Source: Azorhizobium sp. AG788 (lineage in GTDB: Bacteria; Pseudomonadota; Alphaproteobacteria; Rhizobiales; Xanthobacteraceae). Taken from it: a DNA stretch of 64,000 nucleotides. The notes under the pieces were generated by a model that ran no database searches, had not been told where the DNA came from, and worked only from the letters and a program-made list of their open reading frames with translations. The position numbers were made by a program, and so were the translations under genes. Location: NCBI RefSeq assembly GCF_943371865.1, contig NZ_CALRWL010000017.1:40829-104828 (forward strand). Direction: 5' to 3'. This document shows positions 9,891 to 19,093 of the stretch, piece after piece; position 1 is the first letter of the stretch; every line of letters starts with the position of its first letter.

Positions 9891-11366
9891 TCAGATGCCG
9901 GCGATGCACATGTACTTGATGTTCAGATAGTCGTCGCAGCCGTACTTGGAGCCTTCGCGGCCGACGCCGCTCTCCTTGACGCCGCCGAAGGGCGCCACCT
10001 CGGTGGTGATGACGCCGGCATTGATGCCCACCTGGCCATATTCCAGGCCCTCGGCCACCCGGAAGGCGCGGCCGAGATCCTTGGTGTAGAAATAGCAGGC
10101 GAGGCCGTATTCGGTGTCATTGGCGAGGCGCACCGCCTCTTCCTCGGTCTCGAACTTGAACAGCGGCGCCATGGGGCCGAAGATTTCCTCGCGGGCAAAG
10201 GCCATGTCCGCGGTGGCGTTGGCGATCACGGTGGGCTCGAAGAAGGTGCCACCCAGCGCGCTGCGCTTGCCGCCGGTGACCACGGTGGCGCCCTTGTCCA
10301 AAGCGTCCTTCAGCAGGCGCTCCACCTTGCCCACCGCCTTTTCCTCGATCAGCGGGCCGGCCACCACGCCGTCGTCGAAGCCGTTGCCCACCTTCAGCTT
10401 TTGCGAGGCTGCGGCAAACTTCTCGGCGAAGGCGTCATGGATGCCGGCCTGCACATAGAAGCGGTTGGCGCACACGCAGGTCTGGCCCGAGTTGCGATAT
10501 TTGGAGGCGATCGCCCCTTCCACCGCCGCATCGAGATCGGCGTCGTCGAACACGATGAACGGGGCATTGCCGCCCAGTTCCATGGAGATCTTCTTCATGG
10601 TGTCGGCGGACTGCTTCATCAGCAATTTGCCCACCGGGGTGGAGCCGGTGAAGGTCACCTTCTTGACGATCGGGTTGGAGGTCATCTCCAGGCCGATCTC
10701 CTTGGCATCGCCGGTGATGATGTTGACGCAACCGGCGGGAATGCCCGCCTGTTCCGCCAGCAGGCCCCAGGCGAGGCCCGAATAGGGGGTCAGTTCCGCC
10801 GGCTTGGCGACGATGGTGCAGCCGGCGGCCAGCGCCGCGCCGATCTTGCGCGCCAGCATGGAGGAGGGGAAGTTCCAGGGGGTGATGGCGGCCACCACGC
10901 CCACCGGCTCCTTGGTCACCATGATGCGGCGTCCGGCCCAGGGCGACGGGATCACATCGCCATAGAGGCGGCGGGCTTCTTCGGCGAACCAGCGCACATA
11001 GGCCGCCGAGGCGCCCACTTCGCCCTTGGCTTCGGCGAACGGCTTGCCCTGCTCGGTGGTGAGCAGGCGGCCGAGATCGTCCTGATTGGCGAGGATCAGA
11101 TCCGCCAGCTTGTGCAAGGCGGCGGAGCGCTCGGTGGCGGTCTTGGCGCGCCAGATCTTGAAGGCGGCGCCGGCGGCCTCGATGGCGCGGGCGGTCTCGG
11201 CGCGGCCCGCCTTGGGAACGGTGCCGATGATGGCGCCGGTGGCGGGGTTGTTCACCTCGACCACCGCGCCGCTATCGGCGCCGCTCCAGACGCCGCCGAT
11301 AAGGATCTGTTCGCGCTGGAACGGCAAAAGGGCGGACGCCGTGGACAAGGGCTGCGATGCGGCCAT
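9891..11366 (-). CDS. gabD: NAD(P)-dependent succinate-semialdehyde dehydrogenase
   Basis: Aldehyde dehydrogenase motifs MELGGNAPFIVFDDADLD and GQTCVCANRFYV. The overall sequence is typical of GabD. AGGAGA SD lies 6 nt before the ATG at 11366. Confidence 0.9.
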   Translation of the reverse strand: MAASQPLSTASALLPFQREQILIGGVWSGADSGAVVEVNNPATGAIIGTVPKAGRAETARAIEAAGAAFKIWRAKTATERSAALHKLADLILANQDDLGRLLTTEQGKPFAEAKGEVGASAAYVRWFAEEARRLYGDVIPSPWAGRRIMVTKEPVGVVAAITPWNFPSSMLARKIGAALAAGCTIVAKPAELTPYSGLAWGLLAEQAGIPAGCVNIITGDAKEIGLEMTSNPIVKKVTFTGSTPVGKLLMKQSADTMKKISMELGGNAPFIVFDDADLDAAVEGAIASKYRNSGQTCVCANRFYVQAGIHDAFAEKFAAASQKLKVGNGFDDGVVAGPLIEEKAVGKVERLLKDALDKGATVVTGGKRSALGGTFFEPTVIANATADMAFAREEIFGPMAPLFKFETEEEAVRLANDTEYGLACYFYTKDLGRAFRVAEGLEYGQVGINAGVITTEVAPFGGVKESGVGREGSKYGCDDYLNIKYMCIAGI

Positions 11367-11507
11367 GTTTCGTCTCCTGGAAAGAGGGGCGCGCGAACAG
11401 GCGCCGACCGGAGGCAGGCACATCAGAGCTGTGCGCCCGCGAGGATGCGAGACCTCATATAGGTCGACAACGCGCGTTTGCGAAGGCGCAGGATGGCAGG
11501 TCTGCGC

Positions 11508-11729
11508 TCAGCGTACGCAGGTGATGGAGTGAAATGGCACCACTTGCTCTTTGTGGTTGTCGCCCGCCGCAATATGGCAGCGCAGATAGTCACGCCCGAC
11601 GCTCATGGGCGCATAGCCGGTGATGGTATTGCCGCCGATCACCTGAATCACGATGGCCTGTCCGGCCTTGGCGCTGACGATATCAACCACCGCCTGGCGG
11701 AAATCGTCTTCCTTGTGCTGACACTGCAT
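11508..11729 (-). CDS. small hypothetical protein (73 aa), possibly Sm-like beta-barrel
   Basis: GGAGGA SD lies 7 nt before the ATG at 11729. The sequence MQCQHKEDDFRQAVVDIVSAKAGQAIVIQVIGGNTITGYAPMSVGRDYLRCHIAAGDNHKEQVVPFHSITCVR alternates beta-strand-like segments. No family is firmly recognised. Confidence 0.5.
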   Translation of the reverse strand: MQCQHKEDDFRQAVVDIVSAKAGQAIVIQVIGGNTITGYAPMSVGRDYLRCHIAAGDNHKEQVVPFHSITCVR

Positions 11730-11868
11730 AAAACGTCCTCCCGGTGTTGAGGCGCTTCTTCGCAACTGCGCGCGTGGCCGCTTCGGGCTCTATTTTTGAA
11801 GTATAACGCTGAAACCACTTAAAAAGACATGCGTCCCACGCAGGGCTCTTCGAGCGTGCGCGCGCCTG

Positions 11869-13185
11869 TCAGCGCACCGGCGCGATGGCGTGGAAGAAGC
11901 CGCCGCTCACCAGCCCGCGCCGGCTTCCCGCCGCGCCCAGAGCGATGCCTTGGCTGTCGCTGAGATCCGCCAGGGGCGCGTCCGCGCCACGGGTCAGCAC
12001 AGTGGCGTAATGGAATTCGTGGCCGCGCACCTTGGCGCCCGCCGGCCCGATGGGCGAGGCGGCGAGCAGATGGGCTTCCCGATAGCCCAAATTCATCTTG
12101 CGCTTGGCAAAGCTGGTTTCCAGCCCCAGCAGGCCCGCCATGGGATGGGCCGTGCCGGTGGCATCCACCATCACCGTGCCCAGGGCCATATAGCCCCCGC
12201 ATTCCCCATGTACCGGGCGGGTCTGGGCGAAGGCGGCCAATTCCGCCTTGAAGTGCCCGGCGGCGGCGAGCCGGCCGCCATGCAGTTCCGGATAGCCGCC
12301 GGGCAGCCAGCAGACATCGGCGCTCGGGTCCGGCCCTTCGTCCATCAGCGGTGAGAACGGCAGGATTTCCGCGCCCGCATGCCGCCAGTGGGCCAGCACA
12401 TGGGCGTAGACGAAGGAAAAGGCCGCATCCTGCGCCAAGGCGATCCGCTGCCCCGGCGGCGGCAAGGCGGGGGCGTGCGGCGTGTCGCCCAGCGTGAGCG
12501 GCGCGGCCAAAGCGAGGATGGCGTCCAGATCCAGATGGCGTTCCGCCATGGCCGCCAGGGCATCGAGCCGGGCGGCAAGATCGGGATGCTCGCCCGCCTG
12601 CACCAGCCCCAGATGGCGCTCGGGCAGGCCCAACGTGTCATCGCGCGGAATGGCGCCCACCACCGGAATGCCCAGCGGCGCCATGGCCTCGCGGACCAAT
12701 CGGGTATGCCGCTCGCTGCCGACGCGATTGAGCAGGATGCCGCCGATGCGCACTTCCGGATCATGGGTGGCAAAGCCCCGCGCCACCGCCGCGGCGGTCT
12801 GGGATTGGCCGGAGACATCCAGCACCAGGAGCACCGGCAGGCCGAGCCGCGCGGCGATGTCGGCCCCGGCACCGGAGCGGCCGGGCAGGCCCGGCACGCC
12901 GTCGAACAGGCCCATGGCCCCTTCCACCACCAGCAGTTCGCCACCGGCGGAAGCCATGGAGGCGAGGTGGCCCAACAGGTCCGGCGGCATGGCCCAGCTG
13001 TCGAGATTGAGCCCCGGCCGGCCGGTGGCAGCGGCGTGGAAGGCGGGGTCGATATAGTCCGGCCCGGACTTGGCCGCGCGCACGGCGACGCCGCGCCGCG
13101 CCAAGGCCGCCAGCAGGCCGAGGGTCACCGTGGTCTTGCCGGAGCCGGAGCGGGGCGCGGCGATGAGCAGTCCGCGTGGGGTCAT
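11869..13185 (-). CDS. cobB: hydrogenobyrinate (cobyrinate) a,c-diamide synthase
   Basis: LLIAAPRSGSGKTTVTLGLLAAL P-loop, a C-terminal glutamine amidotransferase domain (GECGGYMALG), and 438 aa, all typical of CobB/CbiA. Confidence 0.93.
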   Translation of the reverse strand: MTPRGLLIAAPRSGSGKTTVTLGLLAALARRGVAVRAAKSGPDYIDPAFHAAATGRPGLNLDSWAMPPDLLGHLASMASAGGELLVVEGAMGLFDGVPGLPGRSGAGADIAARLGLPVLLVLDVSGQSQTAAAVARGFATHDPEVRIGGILLNRVGSERHTRLVREAMAPLGIPVVGAIPRDDTLGLPERHLGLVQAGEHPDLAARLDALAAMAERHLDLDAILALAAPLTLGDTPHAPALPPPGQRIALAQDAAFSFVYAHVLAHWRHAGAEILPFSPLMDEGPDPSADVCWLPGGYPELHGGRLAAAGHFKAELAAFAQTRPVHGECGGYMALGTVMVDATGTAHPMAGLLGLETSFAKRKMNLGYREAHLLAASPIGPAGAKVRGHEFHYATVLTRGADAPLADLSDSQGIALGAAGSRRGLVSGGFFHAIAPVR

Positions 13186-13235
13186 CGCAGGTCGCCCCCG
13201 TGACGGGCCGCGATGCGCGGCCTATGAAGGGCGCC

Positions 13236-14393
13236 ATGAATGGCGACGTGGAACCGTCCGACGACCCGCCCGAGGGGCATTTCGAAGAACAGCCCGACGG
13301 CGCGGCCGGCGCGGTGCTGCGCCGAGGCTGGACCACGGGCGCCTGCGCCGCCGGCGCGGCCAAGGCCGCCTTCGCCGCGCTGGTGACGGGCGTGTTTCCC
13401 GATCCGGTGGAGGTGGAACTGCCCAGCGGCGCCCGCCCGGCCTTCGCGCTCGCCACCACGACCCTGGACGCGGACAGCGCCAGCGCCGGCATCATCAAGG
13501 ATGCGGGCGATGATCCCGACGTCACCCATGGCGCCTTGGTGCGGGCCACGGTGCGGCGCGGCCGTCCCGGCAGCGGCGTCACGTTCATTGCTGGCGAAGG
13601 CGTCGGCACGGTGACGCGCCCCGGCCTGCCGATCCCGCCGGGGGAGCCGGCCATCAATCCGGTGCCCCGGCGCATGATCGCCCAGGGCATCGCCGAGGTG
13701 GCGCATCAAGCCGGGGTTGCCGCCGATGCGGAGGTGGAGATCTCCATTCCCGGTGGCGAAATGCTGGCCAAGCGCACCTTGAACGGGCGCCTCGGCATCG
13801 TCGGCGGCCTCTCGGTGCTGGGCACCACCGGCATCGTGATCCCGTTTTCCTGCGCCGCCTGGATCCACTCCATCCATCGCGGCGTGGACGTGGCCCGCGC
13901 CATGGGCCTGACCCATGTGGCCGGCGCCACCGGTTCCGCCTCCGAGGCGGCCATTCAGGCGCTGCACGATCTGCCGGAGACCGCGCTGCTGGACATGGGC
14001 GATTTCGTCGGCGGCACGCTGAAATATCTGCGCGCCCATCCGGTGCCGCGGGTGACCATCGCCGGCGGCGTCGCCAAGATGACCAAGCTGGCCCAAGGGC
14101 TGCTGGATCTGCATTCCAAGCGCGGCAGCGCCGATCTCACCGCGCTGGCCCATCTGGCACGCGAGGCGGGGGCCGATCTCGATCTGGCCGACCGTATCGG
14201 CTCCGCCAACACCGTGGCCCTGGCCTTCCAGGAGGCGGCGGCGGCCGGCATCGCCTTGGGCGATCTGGTGGCGGCCCGCGCATGGGCGACGGCGGCGCCG
14301 GTGCTGCGCGGCTCCGGGTCGGCGCTGGAGATCGTGGTGTTCGACCGCGACGGCGCCCTCATGGGGCGGGCGCCGTTCCGCGCGGTGGACTGA
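13236..14393 (+). CDS. cbiD: cobalt-precorrin-5B (C1)-methyltransferase-like protein CbiD
   Basis: LRRGWTTGACAAGAAKAAF and PRRMI...GIVIPFSCAAWIHSI are conserved CbiD blocks. The ATG at 13236 has an AAGGG SD; alternative starts are at 13224 and 13176. Confidence 0.88.
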   Translation: MNGDVEPSDDPPEGHFEEQPDGAAGAVLRRGWTTGACAAGAAKAAFAALVTGVFPDPVEVELPSGARPAFALATTTLDADSASAGIIKDAGDDPDVTHGALVRATVRRGRPGSGVTFIAGEGVGTVTRPGLPIPPGEPAINPVPRRMIAQGIAEVAHQAGVAADAEVEISIPGGEMLAKRTLNGRLGIVGGLSVLGTTGIVIPFSCAAWIHSIHRGVDVARAMGLTHVAGATGSASEAAIQALHDLPETALLDMGDFVGGTLKYLRAHPVPRVTIAGGVAKMTKLAQGLLDLHSKRGSADLTALAHLAREAGADLDLADRIGSANTVALAFQEAAAAGIALGDLVAARAWATAAPVLRGSGSALEIVVFDRDGALMGRAPFRAVD

Positions 14394-14398
14394 GTGGC

Positions 14399-15160
14399 TC
14401 ATTCGCCCATCCCGCGAAAGCGGCGGACATAATCCACGTCATAAAGCGCGCTGTCGCGGAAATCGGCGGCGCTGAGCGCCCGGCCCACCAGGATCAGCGC
14501 CGTGCGGGCGATGGGGTCCGCCGCCACCTGGGCAGCGATGGTGGCCAGCGTGCCGCGCACGATGCGCTCGTCCGGCCAGGAGGCCTTCACCACCACCGCC
14601 ACCGGGCAATCGGCGCCATAGAAGGGGGTCAGGTCCGCCACCACCTGATCGAGCGCGTGGATGGCGAGATGGATTGCCAGCGTCGCGCCGGTGGCGGCGA
14701 AGGCGGCGAGGCGCTCGGTTTCCGGCATGGCGGAGGCGCGCCCCGACACGCGGGTCAGCACCAGGCTTTGGGCCACCTCCGGCACGGTGAGTTCACGTCC
14801 CAGCGCGGCGGCGGCGGCGGCAAAGGCCGGCACGCCGGGGGTGAGGGTGTAAGCGATGCCGTGCCGCTCCAGCCGGCGGATCTGCTCGGCCAGCGCGCTA
14901 TAGACCGACAGGTCGCCCGAATGCAGGCGCGCCACATCCAGCCCGGCGGTATGCGCGGCCACATATTCCTGTTCGATCCGGTCGAGATCCAGCGGCGCGG
15001 TGTCGACGATGCGGGCGCCCGGCGGGCAATAGGCCAAAAGCTCCGGCGCCACGATGGAGCCGGCATAGAGGCACACTGGGCAGCGGGCGATGAGATCGCG
15101 GCCGCGCACGGTGATGAGGTCGGCAGCGCCGGGGCCGGCACCGATGAAATGAACGGTCAT
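14399..15160 (-). CDS. cobM: precorrin-4 C11-methyltransferase
   Basis: [35 protein letters not shown]...[11 protein letters not shown] is the class III SAM tetrapyrrole methylase and CobM pattern. Confidence 0.93.
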   Translation of the reverse strand: MTVHFIGAGPGAADLITVRGRDLIARCPVCLYAGSIVAPELLAYCPPGARIVDTAPLDLDRIEQEYVAAHTAGLDVARLHSGDLSVYSALAEQIRRLERHGIAYTLTPGVPAFAAAAAALGRELTVPEVAQSLVLTRVSGRASAMPETERLAAFAATGATLAIHLAIHALDQVVADLTPFYGADCPVAVVVKASWPDERIVRGTLATIAAQVAADPIARTALILVGRALSAADFRDSALYDVDYVRRFRGMGE

Positions 15161-15543
15161 GGGGTCTTTCCACTGCGCGCCAGGGCGCAGGTGACCGAGC
15201 CCAATGCCAGGCGCGGCCCGAGCAAGTGGCAGTCCGGTCCACAGGCGGCCAGCGCTGCGGTCTCCGCCGCCGAGGGCACGCGCAGCAAGGCCACCACCCG
15301 GTCGGAATGGGTCAGGGTCTGGTCCGCCATGGCCTCCAGCTGGCCCTGCGGCACCAGCACCAACGGCAGGCCCAGGAGGGCGGCGGCTTCGGCGATGCCC
15401 ACTTCCCCGCCCTTGACCGCAGGCGTTGCCACCACCTTAACCTCGTCCCGCGTCAGGCCCACCCGCTCCAGCGCGGCGTCGAGGGCGGCGAGAACATCGG
15501 CGGCGCTCACGCCCCGTTTGCTGCCCACACCGGCGACGATCAT
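15157..15543 (-). CDS. cobE: cobalamin biosynthesis protein CobE (CbiG C-terminal-like domain)
   Basis: 128 aa, [25 protein letters not shown]...[13 protein letters not shown]. It has 4-nt ATGA overlaps with cobL upstream and cobM downstream. Confidence 0.72.
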   Translation of the reverse strand: MIVAGVGSKRGVSAADVLAALDAALERVGLTRDEVKVVATPAVKGGEVGIAEAAALLGLPLVLVPQGQLEAMADQTLTHSDRVVALLRVPSAAETAALAACGPDCHLLGPRLALGSVTCALARSGKTP

Positions 15544-16802
15544 GCGGGATTCTCCATGGGTTCCTGGCTCTCCACGGGTTTGACCATGCTCCATTGGGTC
15601 ACCGGCATGGCGGGGCGCCAGCCGGTCATGCCCTTCACCGCCACCGCGCGCGACAGGGCAATGCGATTGAGACTGCCGCCCCAGCGCTGGTAGGACGCCA
15701 GCAGCACCGCCTCGGTTTCCAGCGTCACCGCATTGGCCACCAGCCGCCCGCCCGGCTTGAGGGCGGCCAGGGCGCCCTCCAGCACGCCGGGCTCCGAGCC
15801 GCCGCCGCCAATGAACACAACGTCGGGAGGCGGCAGATCGGCAAAGGCTTCGGGGGCGGTGCCCGTCACGATGTCGAGGTGCGGCACCCCCAGCGCCTGC
15901 GCATTCTGGCCGATGCGTTCGGCGCGGGTGGGGTGCCCCTCGATGGCGATGGCCGACAAAGAGGGATGGGTCAGCAGCCATTCGATGGCCACCGAGCCGG
16001 CGCCCGCGCCCACGTCCCACAGCAATTCGCCGTGACGGGGAGCGAGGGCGGACAGGGTCATGGCGCGGATCTCGCGCTTGGTCAGCTGGCCGTCATGGGC
16101 GAACATGGCGTCCGGCAGGCCGCAGGTCAGCGGCAGCACCGGCGCATCGGCGGCCGCGATCACCTCCAGGGCGACCACATTCAGCGGGCCCACGTCATCC
16201 AGATCGAACTGGGCCGCAACCGTCGCCCGCACCCGCTCGCGCGGACCGCCCAGGGCTTCCAGCACGGTGAGGCGGGTCGCGCCGAAGCCGAGCGCGCTCA
16301 CCAGCGCCGCCACCTGCCGCGGCCCGTCGCCATCGGAGGTCAGCGCGAGGATGCGTGCACCGGGCTGGAGCGCGGGGCGGATGCGGCCGATGTCGCGGCC
16401 ATGCAGCGAGACCTGCGCGATCTCCGCCAGCGGCCAGCCCAGGCGCGCGGCGGCGAGGCTGAAGGCGGAGGGGGCCGGGATCACGTGCATCTCGTCCGCC
16501 GGCACCTGCCGCGCCAATGTGGCACCGACCCCATGCAGGAAGGGATCGCCGGAGGCCAGCACGCAGACCTTCTGCCCGCGCGCCGCCAGCGCGGCGGCGA
16601 TGCCGTCGGCGAACGGGCTCGGCCAGGGCGTGGCGGTGCCGGTGATCAGCGGACCGGCCAGCGCCAAATGGCGGGCGCCGCCGAACACCCGATCCGCGGC
16701 GCCGATGAGCGCGCAGGCGGCGGGGGAGAGGCCATCCGCGCCATCTTCGCCGATGCCGACGATGGACAGCCAGGGCCGTGCTGCGGCAGTGTCCTGCGCC
16801 AT
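15540..16802 (-). CDS. cobL: precorrin-6Y C5,15-methyltransferase (decarboxylating)
   Basis: WLSIVGIGEDGADGLSPAA N-terminus (CbiE part) and LWDVGAGAGSVAIEW SAM motif (CbiT part). Start at the internal ATG at 16802; the upstream part of the track ORF is antisense to cobK. Confidence 0.92.
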   Translation of the reverse strand: MAQDTAAARPWLSIVGIGEDGADGLSPAACALIGAADRVFGGARHLALAGPLITGTATPWPSPFADGIAAALAARGQKVCVLASGDPFLHGVGATLARQVPADEMHVIPAPSAFSLAAARLGWPLAEIAQVSLHGRDIGRIRPALQPGARILALTSDGDGPRQVAALVSALGFGATRLTVLEALGGPRERVRATVAAQFDLDDVGPLNVVALEVIAAADAPVLPLTCGLPDAMFAHDGQLTKREIRAMTLSALAPRHGELLWDVGAGAGSVAIEWLLTHPSLSAIAIEGHPTRAERIGQNAQALGVPHLDIVTGTAPEAFADLPPPDVVFIGGGGSEPGVLEGALAALKPGGRLVANAVTLETEAVLLASYQRWGGSLNRIALSRAVAVKGMTGWRPAMPVTQWSMVKPVESQEPMENPA

Positions 16803-17634
16803 GTCAGAGCCCCTGTCGTCCCGTGCCAAACCGCCTGCCGCGACCATCGCGCACCGCATCCTCATCCTGGGGGGCACCGGGGACGCCCGCATCCTTGCCG
16901 CGCGACTCGCGCACCGTCCGGATCTTGAGCTTATTGTGTCCCTTGCCGGACGCACGGAAAACCCCGCTCCACAGCCCGTTCCGGTGCGCTCCGGCGGCTT
17001 CGGCGGGGTGGAGGGCTTGCGGGCGTATCTGGAAACCGGCGCCGTCGCGCTGGTGATCGACGCCACTCACCCCTATGCGGCGGCGATGTCCATCCATGCG
17101 GTCGAGGCGTGCCAAGCGGCGGGCGTGCCATTGCTGGCGCTGCGGCGCCCGCCCTGGTCCCCTGTGCCCGGTGATCTCTGGCAGGAGGTGGCGAACGTGG
17201 CCGAAGCGGTCGCGGCCCTGGGTGCGACCCCGCGCCGCGCGTTCCTCGCTCTGGGCCGCAACGAGGTGCGCGCCTTCGAGGCCGCCCCCCAGCACCATTA
17301 TGTGGTGCGCAGCGTGGACCCCATCGTGCCGCCCTTGGCCGTGCCCCATGCGGACTATCTGCTGGCGCGCGGCCCGTTCACCCAAGCGGATGACCGGGCG
17401 CTGCTGGCGGCCCATGGCATCGAAATGATCGTGGCCAAGAACAGCGGCGGCGCGGCCACCTATGGCAAGATCGCCGCGGCGCGGGAGCTGGGCATCACCG
17501 TCATCCTGCTGCGCCGGCCGCAGCTTCCCGATGTCGCCGCCGTGGACGGGCCGGAGGCGGCCGCCACCTGGGTCGATGGGCTGTTTCCGGTGTCGCCCGC
17601 CACGGCGCCTCACGGGGCGGATCGCGGCGAATAG
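16801..17634 (+). CDS. cobK: precorrin-6A reductase
   Basis: HRILILGGTGDARILAARL...ALVIDATHPYAAAMS...MIVAKNSGGAATYGKIAAARELGITVILLRRP is typical CobK/CbiJ. It is the only in-frame ATG before the conserved ILILGGT block. Confidence 0.9.
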   Translation: MSEPLSSRAKPPAATIAHRILILGGTGDARILAARLAHRPDLELIVSLAGRTENPAPQPVPVRSGGFGGVEGLRAYLETGAVALVIDATHPYAAAMSIHAVEACQAAGVPLLALRRPPWSPVPGDLWQEVANVAEAVAALGATPRRAFLALGRNEVRAFEAAPQHHYVVRSVDPIVPPLAVPHADYLLARGPFTQADDRALLAAHGIEMIVAKNSGGAATYGKIAAARELGITVILLRRPQLPDVAAVDGPEAAATWVDGLFPVSPATAPHGADRGE

Positions 17635-18362
17635 ACCAGAGGCGGCAGGCCAGGCCGTTCCACCATCCGGGTCTGCGCCGAGCCGATGAGCACGCAGGTG
17701 GCCATGTCGGCGATGGTGGCGTCCGCATCGGCCAGGGTCGCCAGAGTGATGCGCTCGTCCGCCCGCCCGGCGGCGCGGCCGAAGATCACCGGCACGCTGC
17801 CCGGCAAGCTCTGGCGCAACAGCTCGAACGCCGCGCCCAATTGCCAGGGCCGCGCCCGGCTGATGGGATTGTAGAGCGCGATGACGAAGCCCGCTTCGGC
17901 GGCGGCGGTGAGGCGCTTTTCCACCAGCGGCCAGGGCTTGAGATTGTCGGACAGCGACAGCGCGCAGAAATCATGGCCCAAGGGCGCCCCGATGCGCGCT
18001 GCCACCGCCAGCATCGCGGTGATGCCGGGGATGACTTCGAAATCCACGGTGCGGAAGGGGTCCGGCCCCTTCTCCATGGCCTCGCACACGGCAGCGGCCA
18101 TGGCGAACACGCCGGCATCGCCACCGGAGACGACGCCCACCTTGGCCCCCGCCACCGCCCGCTCCAAGGCGGCGCTGGCCCGGTCGAGTTCCTCGCGATT
18201 GTCGGAGGCAAAACGGGCCTGGCCGGCGCGCACCGGCACCCGGTCCAGATAGGGGCCGTAGCCATAGAGCTCGTCGCAGGCGGCCAGCGCGTCCAGCGCC
18301 TGCGGCGTCATCTGGGCTGCGGCGCCGGGGCCGAGGCCGACCACGCACAAGCGCCCGCTCAC
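17610..18362 (-). CDS. cobJ: precorrin-3B C17-methyltransferase
   Basis: GRLCVVGLGPGAAAQMTPQALDAL...VGVVSGGDAGVFAMA is the tetrapyrrole methylase and CobJ pattern. GTG start overlaps the cobI stop. Confidence 0.93.
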   Translation of the reverse strand: MSGRLCVVGLGPGAAAQMTPQALDALAACDELYGYGPYLDRVPVRAGQARFASDNREELDRASAALERAVAGAKVGVVSGGDAGVFAMAAAVCEAMEKGPDPFRTVDFEVIPGITAMLAVAARIGAPLGHDFCALSLSDNLKPWPLVEKRLTAAAEAGFVIALYNPISRARPWQLGAAFELLRQSLPGSVPVIFGRAAGRADERITLATLADADATIADMATCVLIGSAQTRMVERPGLPPLVYSPRSAP

Positions 18363-19093
18363 GCGGTGCCCTCCCAGCCGGGCACCAGCACGATGGCGAA
18401 ATAGGGCGCCTTGTCGTCGGGGCGGTCGGCCAAAGGCATGACGAAGCCGTCGCTCATGGTGCCGCGCTCCGCATAGAGGGCGCGGGGCAGGCGACCGGCG
18501 GCGGCCAGTGCGCGGCGGATCTTGGGCAGATTGCGGCCCACCTTCATGATGACGGCGGCATCCGCCTGGGCGAGGCGGCGGGTGAGGTCCTCTTCGCTGA
18601 GTGTGCCGGGCAGCACCATCAGCACGTCGTCGCCCTGGGCGATGGGCGCGCCGGCCTGCGACCAGCAGCCGGACATGCCGGTGACGCCGGGAATGACCGT
18701 GGTGGGAAACCGATGGGCGAGCCGCACATGCAGATGCATGTAGGAGCCATAGAACAAAGGATCGCCTTCGCTCAGCACCGCCACAGTGCGCCCGGCCATG
18801 AGATGCTCCGCCACCCGCGCGGCGGATTCGTCATAGAAGGCGCCGATGGCGAGGCGATAGGCGGCGTCGTGGCGATGGATTTCCGTCGTCACCGGATAGA
18901 GCAAAGGCAGTTCTTCCGCATCGGGGCGGAAGTGGGCGCAGGCGATGCCGCGGGCATGGCTGTTGTTGCCGGCCTTGGCGAAGTGGGCGATCACGTCCGC
19001 CGCGCCCAGCGCCCGCACCGCTTTCAGGGTCATCAGTTCCGGGTCGCCCGGCCCGACGCCCACGCCGATCAGCTGTCCGATGGCGGCGTTCAC
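18359..19093 (-). CDS. cobI: precorrin-2 C20-methyltransferase
   Basis: GQLIGVGVGPGDPELMTLKAVRAL...AVLSEGDPLFYGSYMHL. GTG start at 19093 overlaps the cobH stop (GTGA). The track ORF extends upstream only as an antisense artefact. Confidence 0.92.
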   Translation of the reverse strand: MNAAIGQLIGVGVGPGDPELMTLKAVRALGAADVIAHFAKAGNNSHARGIACAHFRPDAEELPLLYPVTTEIHRHDAAYRLAIGAFYDESAARVAEHLMAGRTVAVLSEGDPLFYGSYMHLHVRLAHRFPTTVIPGVTGMSGCWSQAGAPIAQGDDVLMVLPGTLSEEDLTRRLAQADAAVIMKVGRNLPKIRRALAAAGRLPRALYAERGTMSDGFVMPLADRPDDKAPYFAIVLVPGWEGTA

